NCBI GenBank assembly: GCA_965235115.1
Contig: OZ249438.1
Coordinates: 9,610,001-9,674,000 of the forward strand
Length of the DNA: 64,000 nucleotides
From: Laetmonice hystrix
Lineage: Eukaryota
Direction: 5' to 3'
Shown in pieces: positions 37,981-51,795 of the stretch (position 1 is the stretch's first letter; every line of letters starts with the position of its first letter). The position numbers and the translations under genes are program-made. Under the pieces are notes generated by a model. It saw only the letters and a program-made list of their open reading frames with translations. It searched no databases and was not told the origin of the DNA.

Positions 37981-39475
37981 CCTATACTGTCAGGTACATG
38001 TGTACATGACATGTACCATCGTTCTTACAGGCCTGTAGCTCATAGTGTCCTGTGCTGTTAGGTACATGTGTACATGACATGTACCGTCGTTCTCCCAGGC
38101 CTGTAGCTCATAGTGTCCTATACTGTGAGGTACATGTGTATATGAATTGTACCATCGTTCTCCCAGGCCTGTAGCTCACAGTGTCCTATACTGTCAGGTA
38201 CTTGTGTACATGAAATGTACCGTCGTTCTCCCAGGCCTGTAGCTCACAGTGTCCTGTACTGTCAGGTACATGTGTACATGAAAATGTACCGTCGTTCTCC
38301 CAGGCCTGTAGCTCACAGTGTCCGATACTGTCAGGTACATGTGTACATGAAATGTACCGTCGTTCCCCCAGGCCTGTAGCTCACAGTGTCCTTACTGTCA
38401 GGTACATGTGTACATGAAATGTACCATCGTTCTCCCAGGCCTGTAGCTCACAGTGTCCTATACTGTCAGATACATGAAATGTACCATCGTTCTCCCAGGC
38501 CTGTAGCTCACAGTGTCCTATACTGTCAGGTACATGAAATGTACCGTCGTTCTCCCAGGCCTGTAGCTTACAGTGTCCTGTACTGTCAGGTACATGTGTA
38601 CATGTAATGTACCATCGTTCTCCCAGGCCTGTAGCTCACAGTGTCCTGTACTGTCAGGTACATGTGTACATGAAATGTACCATCGTTCTCCCAGGCCTGT
38701 AGCTCACAGTGTCCTATACTGTCAGATACATGAAATGTACCATCGTTCTCCCAGGCCTGTAGCTCACAGTGTCCTATACTGTCAGGTACATGAAATGTAC
38801 CGTCGTTCTCCCAGGCCTGTAGCTTACAGTGTCCTGTACTGTCAGGTACATGTGTACATGTAATGTACCATCGTTCTCCCAGGCCTGTAGCTCACAGTGT
38901 CCTATACTGTCAGGTACATGTACCATCGTTCTCCCAGGCATGTAGCTGACAGTGTCCTATACTGTCAGGTACATGTGTACATGACATGTACCGTCGTTCT
39001 CCCAGGCCTGTAGCTCATAGTGTCCTATACTGTCAGGTACATGTGTACATGACATGTACCGTCGTTCTCCCAGGCCTGTAGCTCACAGTGTCCTGTGCTG
39101 TCAGGTACATGTGTACATGACATGTACCGTCGTTCTCCCAGGCCTGTAGCTCAGTGTCCTATACTGTCAGGTACATGTACCATCGTTCTCCCAGGCATGT
39201 AGCTCACAGTGTCCTATACTGTCAGGTACATGTGTACATGACATGTACCGTCGTTCTCCCAGGCCTGTAGCTCACAGTGTCCTGTACTGTCAGGTACATG
39301 TGTACATGACATGTACCGTCGTTCTCCCAGGCCTGTAGCTCATAGTGTCCTGTACTGTCAGGTACATGTGTACATGACATGTACCGTCGTTCTCCCAGGC
39401 CTGTAGCTCACAGTGTCCTGTACTGTCAGGTACATGTCGTTCTCCCAGGCCTGTAGCTCACAGTGTCCTGTACTG
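37981..39475. repeat. 68-bp minisatellite (~23 copies) with shorter deletion variants
   Basis: Unit tactgtcaggtacatgtgtacatgacatgtaccgtcgttctcccaggcctgtagctcacagtgtcctg; period 68 (39241 and 39309). Confidence 0.96.
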
Positions 39476-39929
39476 AAGTTATCGACTTACCACCTGACTC
39501 GTTGGCTCGTGTAGACGACCCAAACATCGCATGTAGGCACGCGTCCTGCCGATGTTCTCCCACGATAAACGGAGACAAATCGGTCAGTTTTTATACCTCT
39601 GCAGAAGCGACTACTAACACGGTGCTACTAACATGGCATGTAGCCTGTCATTGTTACAGCAGGTTACAGGCTTGAGTGTCACAAAGTCACCGGACGGCTC
39701 GTCAATGAGGTTGAAATGAAATGTGTGGGGTCAGAACACGGCACCTGGTACTCACGGGGGAGGGCGGGGAGGGTCAGTGATGGATGGCTGGACGGCGCTC
39801 TAACTGAAGCTGGTTAACGGAGGCAGGTCTAGGCAACCGGAGTACCCGGCCGCAGTCAGGATGTCGGTGCCATCAGACGTTACTGACAGCGTTACTGACA
39901 CATGCAACAACTCTGTTCCAACTGCCTCC

Positions 39930-40075
39930 ATGCCTCCCAAGACAGACCCCGTTTGTAGGTGGCTTCCAGTAGATGACCTCCCAAGACAGACCCGGTTTGT
40001 TGGTGGCTTCCAATGGGTGACCTCCCATGACAGATCCCGTTTGTAGATGGCTTCCAATGGAGGGATGGCCCTCCA
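39930..40075. repeat. Degenerate ~41-44-bp tandem repeat (3 copies)
   Basis: cctcccaagacagacccc/ggtttgtaggtggcttcca repeated three times. Confidence 0.7.
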
Positions 40076-40206
40076 ATCCTCCAGGTTCCTTTCCAGACAG
40101 AACAAGTCAGCCGTCCGACAGTTCACCAAGCTCTCTCACCCCAAAACCAACCCCCAACCCCCTCCCAATTATTGCACCCGAATTGTCGCATAAAAACGTC
40201 CCACAG

Positions 40207-41007
40207 GTCATCAGAAATCAGACCAGATGTAAGGACCCACTGAGGTCTGGCACAAGTCATCAGAAATCAGACCAGATGTAAGGACCCACTGAGGTCTGGC
40301 ACAAGTCATCAGAAATCAGACCAGATGTAAGGACCCACTGAGGTCTGGCACAAGTCATCAGAAATCAGACCAGATGTAAGGACCCACTGAGGTCTGGCAC
40401 AAGTCATCAGAAATCAGACCAGATGTAAGGACCCACTGAGGTCTGGCACAAGTCATCAGACCAGATGTAAGGACCCACTGAGGTCTGGCACAAGTCATCA
40501 GAAATCAGACCAGATGTAAGGACCCACTGAGGTCTGGCACAAGTCATCAGAAATCAGACCAGATGTAAGGACCCACTGAGGTCTGGCACAAGTCATCAGA
40601 AATTAGACCAGATGTAAGGACCCACTGAGGTCTGGCACAAGTCATCAGACCAGATGTAAGGACCAACTGAGGTCTGGCACAAGTCATCAGAAATCAGACC
40701 AGATATAAGAACCCACTGAGGTCTGGCACAAGTCATCAGAAATCAGACCAGATGTAAGGACCCACTGAGGTCTGGCACAAGTCATCAGAAATCAGACCAG
40801 ATATAAGGACCCACTGAGGTCTGGCACAAGTCATCAGAAATCAGACCAGATGTAAGGACCCACTGAGGTCTGGCACAAGTCATCAGACCAGATGTAAGGA
40901 CCCACTGAGGTCTGGCACAAGTCATCAGACCAGATGTAAGGACCCACTGAGGTCTGGCACAAGTCATCAGACCAGATGTAAGGACCCACTGAGGTCTGGC
41001 ACAAGTC
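40207..41007. repeat. 49-bp minisatellite with 42-bp variant (~17 copies)
   Basis: Unit cacaagtcatcagaaatcagaccagatgtaaggacccactgaggtctgg; the variant lacks aaatcag. Confidence 0.96.
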
Positions 41008-43037
41008 GCGAGCGGTCGTAACTTTCTCATCCGATCTGACACCAGATCCGTTACAGCCAATTTTCTCCGTGACAAGTGTGGTGTATGTTTGGGCCGACTT
41101 GTTCTCACAATCCGTGACCTGGCCCAGAACTCCGACACTCTCACCCCTCTCGCCATCCCCGGCCCTGCCCGACCTCCTGGGCCGCCAGCCTGATCAGGAC
41201 CCCATCCAACACAGTCACTTACTCTCCAACACTTCCCCGTGTGACCTGCTGGGCTGCGGCTTCTAATGTTCACGGTACAAAAGGACAAGTACGCCTGATG
41301 TATGGGGCCTGATGTAGTTTTCTGCCAGGGCCGGCAGTTTTTGGGTGCTGCCGGTTGGTGTGTTGACGGGTACGGGGCTGATCCATGGCGCCGATGGTGG
41401 GACTTGTCCACTCCCCGCCGGCCGACCCATCAAAGTGAACGGCCCAAGAGGCATGCCGGGAAGGCCAGCTCTAATATCGTGTAAAGGAGGAGAGGCGCGA
41501 TGGAGTGCGTGGAATTTACCAAGACTGTAATCTGTTTCTGATGAAACATTGCCGGCCACTTTGTTGTAAAGAAACCGTTGGTTTTACCTTACGGTCATCT
41601 TTCTCTGCCTGCCCGCGGGTTTTCGGCGTATAAACTGAAGGTCATAAGTCACGGAATGAAAGGCTCGCAGTAATGGATAATTCAGGCGGTGATGAGATCA
41701 CGCCAGGCCTTGCGGACACCCTACGGGTACCAGCGGCGGCCTGCCTCCGGGCCCAACTCCAGGCTTCTCCCGCCTTGCTGAATGAAGTCAAACTTCGCCA
41801 TAGTTCCTACCAGACGTACTTATCACAGCGAGATAAGATAAAAGTCATATTCTGAGAAGGTGTTGGCAAATGAGGTCAGCATCGTCCAATAGCGGAACCC
41901 ATTTCAACAGCCTCCTCTATCGCAGGGTGTTAAGAGGCCATTAAGTCGGGGCTTCTGTTTGACCTCAGTGTGACCTTGAGTAGGAACTTGACTCGTAACG
42001 TCGTACCAGTAGGCATGAATCATTGGCAATTTATTTTGTTGGTTTTCCCTGACAGGTGGTTGGGTAGTAGTGTCATTATCTAAAGAGATGAAACTACGCC
42101 TGTTAATACAATATCAAGGTTGGTGGGCAGTGAGATATTGGGCCGGTTTGGGTTTGGTGACAGACTGGGTTCCCATAACCTGTGCTGGCCCTGTGGCAGG
42201 CCTAGAGTGGGCCGAGCGGAGCGTCCACCTGTCCCGCCTGTCTCTCAACCGGACCCGAACCCCCGCCTCCGGTACCCCAGCCTCGCCGGCCCCTCCTCCA
42301 CGGGATGGGGCTTTAATAAGCCTTAATCGATTGTAATCTGCGACCGGGGGTGCGCGCCTCATGTTGGGGGCAGGAGGCCGGGGGTGGGACCTGGGGGGTG
42401 CAGCCGGGATGGCCATCATGGTAGGGACGGAGGGCGGGGCTGGCGGCTGGTTTGGCCATCAGTGGACGCTGTCACTATCGGTACATGCTGGAGACTCGAT
42501 CAGTGAGTGCTGTCAGTCTGGGGTCTTGCTGGAGCTTTGGGTGCTGTTGTTATCAGTGCTTGCTGCAGTCGCCATCAGTGGTTACTGGAGAGGTTCCTAT
42601 AGCAATCAGAACATGTTGACCCGCTGGGAGAGGTGACCTAGTTCAGTAGGGGACCTTCCTGGACGGGTCACCTGAGCCCGCTGTTTAAGTGGAGATTTGA
42701 GATGGGATTCGCAGATGAGTTGGCGGGGAAACAGACGTGTTGAACTTTATCTGCAATGAGCCGTATCTCAATCACGATATCGGTTGTGATTGAGACTAGG
42801 AATTAAAACCTGAATCCGAACTTTCCCACGGTCCAGGGGTGGGGTTCTAACAGTAGAGAACGGACAAGATGGCAGATGTACGAAAGGGGAAACAGGCCTG
42901 GAGACGTTGGCGTTGTTCAGGCCCGGACCAACACCCTGCATGGCTGCACATTAAGGCTCAAGCGTACTATTCAGGCTCTACTAGGGCCGGGGCCCACCTA
43001 GGCCCTCGTCCGATCCGGGCCTCTCTGGTTGACGGCC

Positions 43038-43277
43038 CACAGACCCAGGCCCTACCCGGGCTGGAGTACGGACCACCGTCCCCAGCTATTGCTGTCCCAC
43101 AGACCCAGGCCCTACTCGGGCTGGAGCAAGGACCACCGTCCCCAGCTATTGCTGTCCCACAGACCCAGGCCCTACTCGGGCTGGAGCAAGGACCACCGTC
43201 CCCAGCTATTGCTGTCCCACAGACCCAGGCCCTACCCGGGCTGGAGCAAGGACCACCGTCCCCAGCTATTGCTGTCG
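43038..43277. repeat. 60-bp tandem repeat (4 copies)
   Basis: Unit cacagacccaggccctactcgggctggagcaaggaccaccgtccccagctattgctgtcc. Confidence 0.95.
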
Positions 43278-46249
43278 CCGAGTCCGGGCTAAGATGGAGA
43301 ACCTGTGGGGTTGACCCCGGAGGTCAGGACGCCTAATGAAATATGGTGATTTATATCAATGATCCGTGATACGGTGAAGCCTGATCATGATATACGTCGG
43401 GTAGCCAAGCGGGCGGGCGGGTCGGCCTGCCCACCCGACCGACGACGGCAGCCACTGTGGATTAACATGTCCGCCTCATTCAGGGGCTGCAGGAGGAGAT
43501 GGCGGCAGGGAGTTCTCCGTAAAACCTAAGGATGGCTACCTTTCTGCATAATACGTAGTATACAATATTAGCCTAGTTTGTCTGATGTTTCACTTGTGTT
43601 TTAATCAAATCATTCATTGGGTGGGTTAACTTATGAGTTAAACAAAACAGTGAGTTTTTGTATTAAATAAAGCAATGAGTTTATGTGTTAAACAAAGCAA
43701 TGCTACCTTGGATTTGTTTGTTAAGGAGGCACATGAGACCCATCCATCAACCAATCCAAGAAACCAGCCAGTGTCTCCGTCAAATCCTTGGTGTTTATGA
43801 ATATATTGGCATACTTGTTTGATTTGTCAATGGCCGCAAATAGGGTTGGTATCTAAATTTGGGAAACAAAGCAAGTGCATGCCCTGCTGTGGGTATATTT
43901 GTAAGCATTCACCGATTCGGACCGAATTTTGCCCAAGTTTTGGGGACACTCTCCCAAGGTGTAATTAGGGTTTCGTAAGATTCATTTCAGAAACCTAATA
44001 CCAATGAGTACAATATTAGTTGTATTTTTAGGATAGTGTCTGCCTTGATTATTGATCATGATCATTTGTAACCCAAACCTCCACCAAGCACATCTAACAA
44101 TGTGGCAGACATTGAGACTATTCATTTGGTTGTAATTAGACCCAGTGTCTAATTCCTCCTGTAAACCCAGATCCTGATATGTCGGGTGATGATGATGGAT
44201 AGACGTTTGTTAGTTTGAGCACTCCTTCTCCCTCACCCCTCCTCCCTTGCCGTAATACATGTAATACTGGGGCCATGGCCTGGTTCATAGCAGCCAGGAC
44301 CAGGAGAGCCACGACACGCCTGCTCTTTGAATACGATATTCAGACCAAATAGTAGCTGCACGATCACGAATGGCAACGTTTTCACTTTCTTTTATCACAT
44401 AGTCTCAAATTACCATTCTTCCTATTGAAACATGTTCCAATCTATGTCGACATAACTTTGAAAACATCATCATGGAAGTCGTGTTGTCAGGTAATCTAAG
44501 CCCGACGTTCTTTACACGAGAGAAGATTTCAATCTATTTTTAGATTTAGCCGTGACTTAAATGAGATAAGAGTCTTAAGGATTCCCAGAAATGATGTATT
44601 ATAGTTGTATAGTGTGTTCTGATCTTGAGTCTGTCCAAAGTTCGCGACTTTCATGCTGGCAGCAACGACAAATCAGAGTGTGGTAATTTGGCCACGTGTT
44701 TTCTGACCCAGATAGCCTCCGCCCGACATGGCCAACAGCATGTGTGTTGTGTGAACGGTTTTGTCGTGGCAGTCGTAACAGTCGTTAGCCTGATGTAAAG
44801 TCGCAAGTCGGATGTCGAAGTCGTAAGTCGTTTCAAGTAGGCGTAAGTGAGACGTAGTAATCGTAAGCCTGTGAACAAAGTCGCAAGTCGGACGTAGAGG
44901 TCATAATCGTAATGTAAGTCGTAAGTCGTGTGTAGAAGAGTCTCAGTGGGTTCTACCTATAGAGGATGCCGAGTGTGATGTATGGGCCCCCGGCTGTGCT
45001 ATGTGAGATAACCAGCCACGGTTGTACGTGCCCAGGCGGCTCACAGGGATACATCCACCAATTTACGGTATTGGGTAAGATAGGTTCCTACGGCAGTGCT
45101 CATCAGTCATTGCCTCAAACCATTAAAAACATCCGAGAACGGGATCTTTTTTTCAAATATAGTCAGTACATAATATCGTAATATGCGGTGTTTATAACCG
45201 TATCAAAAATTGATGTTCAGTCATTTTGACAGTTTCTGTTGATCTTTGATATGAGGTAAAAAGGTTTAATTGATGATGTGCACTATTGAGTAGATTCTAG
45301 CCGGATTTAAACCGGGGAAACGTCTAGCTTCTTTTCCTACCATCGGTATCTAATTAACTGTATAGCAGGACCAGTTGGTTGTATGGCAGAGCCAGACGGC
45401 TGTATGGCAGAGCCAGACGGCTGTATGGCAGAGCCAGACGGTAGGATGGTAAACTAGCAGAGTTCCTAGTGTATACGAAGCACATTCAGCGCCCGTGCTG
45501 TAAGGTGAGAGAACCCCACCAGTCAGTCCGCGAAGCCTGAGAATGGGGCCAATCTCCATGTACTACTGACTGTGGCTTCTGGTCGCTGGTCCACCCCCGC
45601 CACTGGCCGTACGTGTGGTCAGGTGTAGACGTGATGCAAGTCTGGCGGAATACAAGTCCGCCGGACTTGATCCACTGGGTATGCAGGTTAAGTCTTCCAC
45701 TTCATTGTATAAAAACTTCATTATATTTAAGTAAAGAACATAGATTGATATAATATGAAGGACTCACGGCCTTAGGATCCGTCAGCCTGCATTCCGGGCA
45801 CACAGGTCCATTTGACCTGACGTCTCTTACACCGGCTTCCACCATGCAGTCAGTCCACTGGTCAATAACCCAGCCTTGATGTATTAAATCAGGCTTTTAT
45901 TGAATACTGGCTGTCATTGGCTGACCTTGGTGGCCGGGCCGTTAACATTGGAACGATACACAACCCATGCCTGGTAAATTGGTAAGATACACGGACCCAG
46001 CCGGCAACGTTTGGTGAGACACAGAAAGATACTTGCCTCACTGTTGAAAGCAGTAAACCTTTGGGATGGGGCAAATGCGGACCAAAGGGAACAAAACCTA
46101 TGTCATTGTGAGTGAGGCGGCTCTGACAGTGTGATCTGTAACAGGGTATAGAATGCTCGAGGTGTGACGCACCCTGTTCGCAGCGTACACAAAACTTAGA
46201 AAACCCTGGTAATTTTCATGAAGTATCTTCATGCTATAAAACACAAAAT

Positions 46250-46437
46250 GTTATTTTTTCTGTCTTACACTTTACACTAAAATACAACATATTATTTTTC
46301 TGTCTTACACTTTACACTAAAATACAACATATTATTTTTCTGTCTTACACTTTACACTAAAATACAACATATTATTTTTCTGTCTTACACTTTACACTGA
46401 AAGACAAATTTTTTTTCTTTCTGTCTTACACTTTACA
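46250..46437. repeat. 40-bp AT-rich minisatellite (~4.5 copies)
   Basis: Unit tgtcttacactttacactaaaatacaacatattatttttc. Confidence 0.9.
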
Positions 46438-49400
46438 GTCCTGAGTGAAGCCGAGATCATTGTAGGTGGTAGATCCAGATCCTCAGCAGTGAGGCACTCA
46501 CTGAGTGCGTGGGAACGTGAGAATCAGGTCATTATAACGTTGGCGGACAGGGACACGGCCTGTCGAGTCCTACCTTTGATTGACACGTACCACCTCTAGA
46601 CGTGTTCTTCATGTCATGTTCAGGGAGACGGAGGGGATCAATTCACCTTCATGTCTGCCGATATTGTTAGATCTTCACCACGGAATTCATGTCACGAATC
46701 TCAATGATTATTGTAGACTTTGGTCTTTTAAACCAATGAAAAGTAAGAGTAGAATTTCGGTAACCCGACCGAACTTGTTCGATATGTGTGCAGCCCAAGA
46801 TCTTTTAGGTCATGTCAAGGGAATTGATCAAAATATTGGGTCAATTTGTTGTTTTTAATCGCATGATTCAGTTCTAAACGTAACAGCCACCACAAGGGTA
46901 GACGAGTATCATTTTAATTAAAACATGTTGATGTTAGCTTTTATTACTCGGTCAGGTATGGTTCCTACATCAGGGATTAAACACGTGTGGGGATATGGTG
47001 TGATAATTTGATGAAATGATCAGAAGTATGGTTATTGAGACGGTCAGAGTCCGTGTACCTGGACCTACCTGACCCCCCCGCAGCGATGAATAATACAGGT
47101 GTGTATCGGGGGAGGGGAGACGGCACATGACACCGTGACCCCATGACCCGGGCTGATGGCTTGGTGGCATGACATGATAGGTGGCGCTACGAGCGGGCGC
47201 GTGGATCGATGGCGAGGTGAGGTGAGGAGTTCATATTCGGGTCGTGTGCTGGACCCTGTCCGGCCGGTCACAGTCCTATCAGTCACAGTCTAGGGCCGTG
47301 TGACCATCCATGTGACCGCCGGACTACACCTGCCCCGATCATCACCGTCACAACGCTACATCACACCGAACGTTTTAATTAATGTCCAACCACACCCACA
47401 ATAAATTACTCCCAAAATGGTTGATTGTGTGCTGGGTTGTGACTGCCATAGATTTCAGCGTCCCACCTATTTATTATTGATATATCCATGTCGGGTTGCT
47501 GGGAGAATTTCACTCATTGCCTGCCGATAATGCAACATGTGGTATTTCAGCTTGGCGTGTGTCGGAGTGACTCAGCAGTGTGTGGCATTTATGATTAGAA
47601 TCGACACACAAAGCGACCGTGCACGCTGCTCTAATGTTTGCGTAACTCAAGTTTACATTGTGAACTAATGAAATTAGTCCCTGTAGGAAAGTGCGGAGTG
47701 ATCGGCGGCCACAGCTGTCCCACATTGTTGACACATTAAATGTTAGTAGTGCTGCTCACAAAACCATCTTCAATCTGATAATTGTCACATTATCTTGACA
47801 TGCTCCGTGGTTGGTAATTATAGCAGCGATTAACTGATAGAAAACATATTTCAGTGTAGTTAAATTCCGGGGATTTATAGCGGGAGGTGTTTTCTTTAGG
47901 TAGAATTAAAGTTTTGATGTCAGGTGTTCTTAATGTGTTGTTTACATAGTCAGTGCCATGATGTGATTATCTGGGTCCTGGATGGCCTTCAGTTTAACAT
48001 ATCATTGTATATCACGCACAGAAATTTAAACATATTTTACACCAGTAGTGTGGAAATCAACTGGTAGAGGACTTTACAAATAATTTTAGATTTTATCGCA
48101 CACACTACTGAGGATAGACAGGATATATAAAATTCATGTCGTGACAAGTTTATAATAAGAAAAGACTAGACTTGTCAGACTGGCTGTGTTACAGTAGGAC
48201 TGGACCCAGTAGAGCTCAGAACTCGAGTAGGTTGGCCGTGACTATACTGAACCAGTATTAGAACAGGTGGCTCCAACCATTGCTCGTAGACAGACCGTGA
48301 TCAATAGTATACCACAGACAGTAACTTCAGTCTGGGCGGCCCCGTCCCGCCTACGTTAAGTATCGACCGGTGGGAGAAAGGGACACCGTCCATTAGACCC
48401 TTGTTGACATTCGGCCTCAGTGGAGAATGAAGTATAACCTCGTTGAGTAACACCAGGAAGGTGAGAAGGCCCTTGGGTGTTTTTGTCACGGCACTTTGAG
48501 AAGCACAGACGAGTCGGACCACAAGACAATGTCTGGTTAGAGATTTAACTCATGCAGCTGGGGTGTAGGTCTGACGGCCAGGCCTCACGCCGTCCCAGTG
48601 CATCCGTTCCCAGACCCTCCCGTGCTCATTCCCCTACCACCCAGCCTCCCATATGATCCCCCCAATATACCTAACCCCCATACACAGGTTTTTCTGTACT
48701 CGACTCCCTCCTGCCTAGCCCCCGACTCCCTCATACCCCACCGCCATACTCCCTTATACCAATGACAGACTTCTGTCTATAAAAGTCTCGTTGCCTATAC
48801 CCAGCCCTTTCCGTGCTTGATCCCCTACTCCCCAGCCCACAGTACCCCCCACCCACCACCCATATCCCAACTCCCAATACCCCCCCCCCCCCAACCTGTA
48901 CCCGGCAGCCTACGACTAATGGCCGACGCCTGGGTCCACCAAGTGCCTGTCATTCAGCGGCAGATCAAAGAAAGCCTCAGCGGGTAGATTTAATTAACAG
49001 CCGCTTGTATTCCCGACTGATTGTTTATTTGCAGGAGTCTAACAAGGCTTGGTCATCACTCTGAACCCAATCCGTGCCAGCCTCTCACTCTGTGTTACTA
49101 ATATCATAAAGAAGGCCGACTGGCAATTATCATAGAGTTGTTAAATCAAAGAGTCGGAGGAAAGGAAATCCATGCGAGATTTTCACATGGTACTACGATC
49201 AATATTGTTCTTCAGTAGACAAAGGTTAGGTGTTTGTCTCTGGATGTAAGGTCTACCACATTATAATAGTGCGGTGACTGAGGTCCGCGTCTAAATCTGC
49301 AGATTTCTTTTTTTTACTCTGACGCTGACCTTCGTTGTGGACATGACATAAATTGGCTTGCTTTCCACTAATGGAACCATTGTGGGAGATATTGCTGTTC

Positions 49401-49555
49401 ACCTAATTCACTGGGGGACAGCGAGGCAGTGCCGTGCTCTGAACGCCATACATGGCAATGCCTCTCGTGTTTGACATCTCCTGGCCAATGTAGGGTGGGG
49501 AAAATGGGCGGCGAACAGTGGGGCCTGATTGTGGGGCAACCTGGGGGTTGGACAG

Positions 49556-50825
49556 CTTTGTGTTACAATTACCTGGGGGAAGATTGTAAGCGCTCTATGT
49601 TACAGTTACCTGGGGAGGTTTGCAAGCGCTCTATGCTACAGTTACCTGGGGAGGATTGTAAGCGCTCTGTCTTACAGTTACCTGGGGAGGATTGTAAGCG
49701 CTCTGTCTTACAATTACCTGGGGGAAGATTGTAAGCGCTCTGTCTTACAGTTACCTGGGGAGGTTTGTGAGCGCTCTGTGTTACAGTTACCTGGAGAGGA
49801 TTGTAAGCGCTCTATGCTACAGTTACCTGGGGAGGATTGTGAGCGCTCTATGTTACAGTTACATGGGGAGGATTGTAAGCGCTCTGTGTTACAGTTACCT
49901 GGGGAGGATTGTAAGCGCTCTATGTTACAGTTACCTGGGGAGGATTGTAAGCGCTCTGTGTTACAGTTACCTGGGGAGGATTGCGCTCTGTGACACAGTT
50001 TACCTGGGAAGGATTGTAAGCGCTCTATGCTACAGTTACCTGGGGAGGATTGTAAGCGCTCTATGCTACAGTTACCTGGGGAGGATTGTAAGCGCTCTAT
50101 GCTACAGTTACCTGGGGAGGATTGTAAGCGCTCTGTGTTACAGTTACCTGGGGAGGATTGTAAGCGCTCTGTGACACAGTTACCTGGGGAGGATTGTAAG
50201 CGCTCTGTGACACAGTTACCTGGGGAGGATTGTGAGCGCTCTGTGTTACAGTTACCTGGGGAAGATTGTAAGCGCTCTGTGACACAGTTTACCTGGGGAG
50301 GATTGTAAGCGCTCTGTCTTACAGCTACCTGGGGAGGATTGTAAGCGCTCTGTGTTACAGTTACCTGGGGAAGATTGTGAGCGCTCTATGTTACAGTTAC
50401 CTAGGGAGGATTGTAAGCGCTCTGTGACACAGTTTTCCTGGGGAGGATTGTGAGCGCTCTGTGACACAGTTTACCTGGGGAGGATTGTAAGCGCTCTGTG
50501 TTACAGTTACCTGGGGAGGATTGTAAGCGCTCTGTGACACAGTTTACCTGGGGAGGATTGTAAGCGCTCTGTGTTACAGTTACCTGGGGAGGATTGTAAG
50601 CGCTCTGTGACACAGTTTACCTGGGGAGCATTGTAAGCGCTCTATGCTACAGTTACCTGGGGAGCATTGTAAGCGCTCTATGCTACAGTTACCTGGGGAG
50701 CATTGTGAGCGCTCTATGCTACAGTTACCTGGGGAGGATTGTAAGCGCTCCCTGGCACAGTTTTCCTGGGGAGGATTGTAAGCGCTCTGTGACACAGTTT
50801 ACCTGGGGAGGATTGTAAGCGCTGT
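49556..50825. repeat. 36-37-bp minisatellite (~35 copies)
   Basis: Unit acagttacctggggaggattgtaagcgctctgtgtt. Confidence 0.96.
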
Positions 50826-51471
50826 GACCGCGGATCCTGTATGACACATCATGTCGGGTTTCACCTGGCGACGGTGGGGGAAGATGGATCGATACGAGAG
50901 CTACGGAAGCTGAGGTCGGCGTCCACCTCGTGGGTGAGTGCATGAGTTGGTGAGTGAGTGAGTGAGTGAGTGAGTGAGTGAGCGGGAAGCGGGTGGGAGG
51001 GGGCTGAGTTAAGGCCGACCCCCACCGGTAATGACTCACGCTGGAGACCCACTCAGACAAAGAGCCTCAGTAATTACTGTAGCAGCCAGGGATCTAAGCC
51101 GCTCCCCACTCCACTTCTCTCACACAGACTTCCCAGTCCGGATCCTCACAACTCGAGGTGAGGCAAGACGTGTAGGCCCAGCGGACAGGATCATGGTCAT
51201 TGAGTGGGGGCTGAGGGTGGGTGGTGGTGGTGGTGGGGGCGGACGGGGCTCTCTGCACCCACCCAGCCCACTGTAAACCTGTGTTGATTGATGTGTAGAC
51301 CCGGAGCTCTCTCCTGATCAGCGGGGACAGGTTGGCTGCACTCTGATGGCTATCAGCCTAGTGAGTTGTTGTAAGTTGGTGACCTACGAGGTTGTTCCCA
51401 CGTGTGCTCACATAATCGGCCAATTAAACATGGCTTGGCATGGCCGTACACTGCCGGATACGGGCAGGGAG

Positions 51472-51795
51472 GGCCATGTTAACCCTGTGGCAGCGGGTTG
51501 GGGACATGTTAACCCAGGAGTAGCAGCTGGGGCCATGTCAACCCTGTGGTAGCGGGTGGGGGTCATGTCAACCCTGTGGTAGCGGGTAGGGGCCATGTCA
51601 ACCCTGTGATAGCGGGTAGGGGCCATGTCAACCCTGTGGTAGCGGGTAGGGGTCATGTCAACCCTGTGGTAGCGGGTAGGGGCTGTGTTAACCCTGCGAT
51701 AGCGGGTAGGGGCCGTGTAACCCTGTGGTAGCGGGTAGGGGCCATTGTTTACCCTGTGATAGCGGGTAGGGGCCATATTAACCCTGTGGTAGCGG
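51472..51795. repeat. 30-bp minisatellite (~11 copies)
   Basis: Unit ggccatgtcaaccctgtggtagcgggtagg. Confidence 0.92.
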
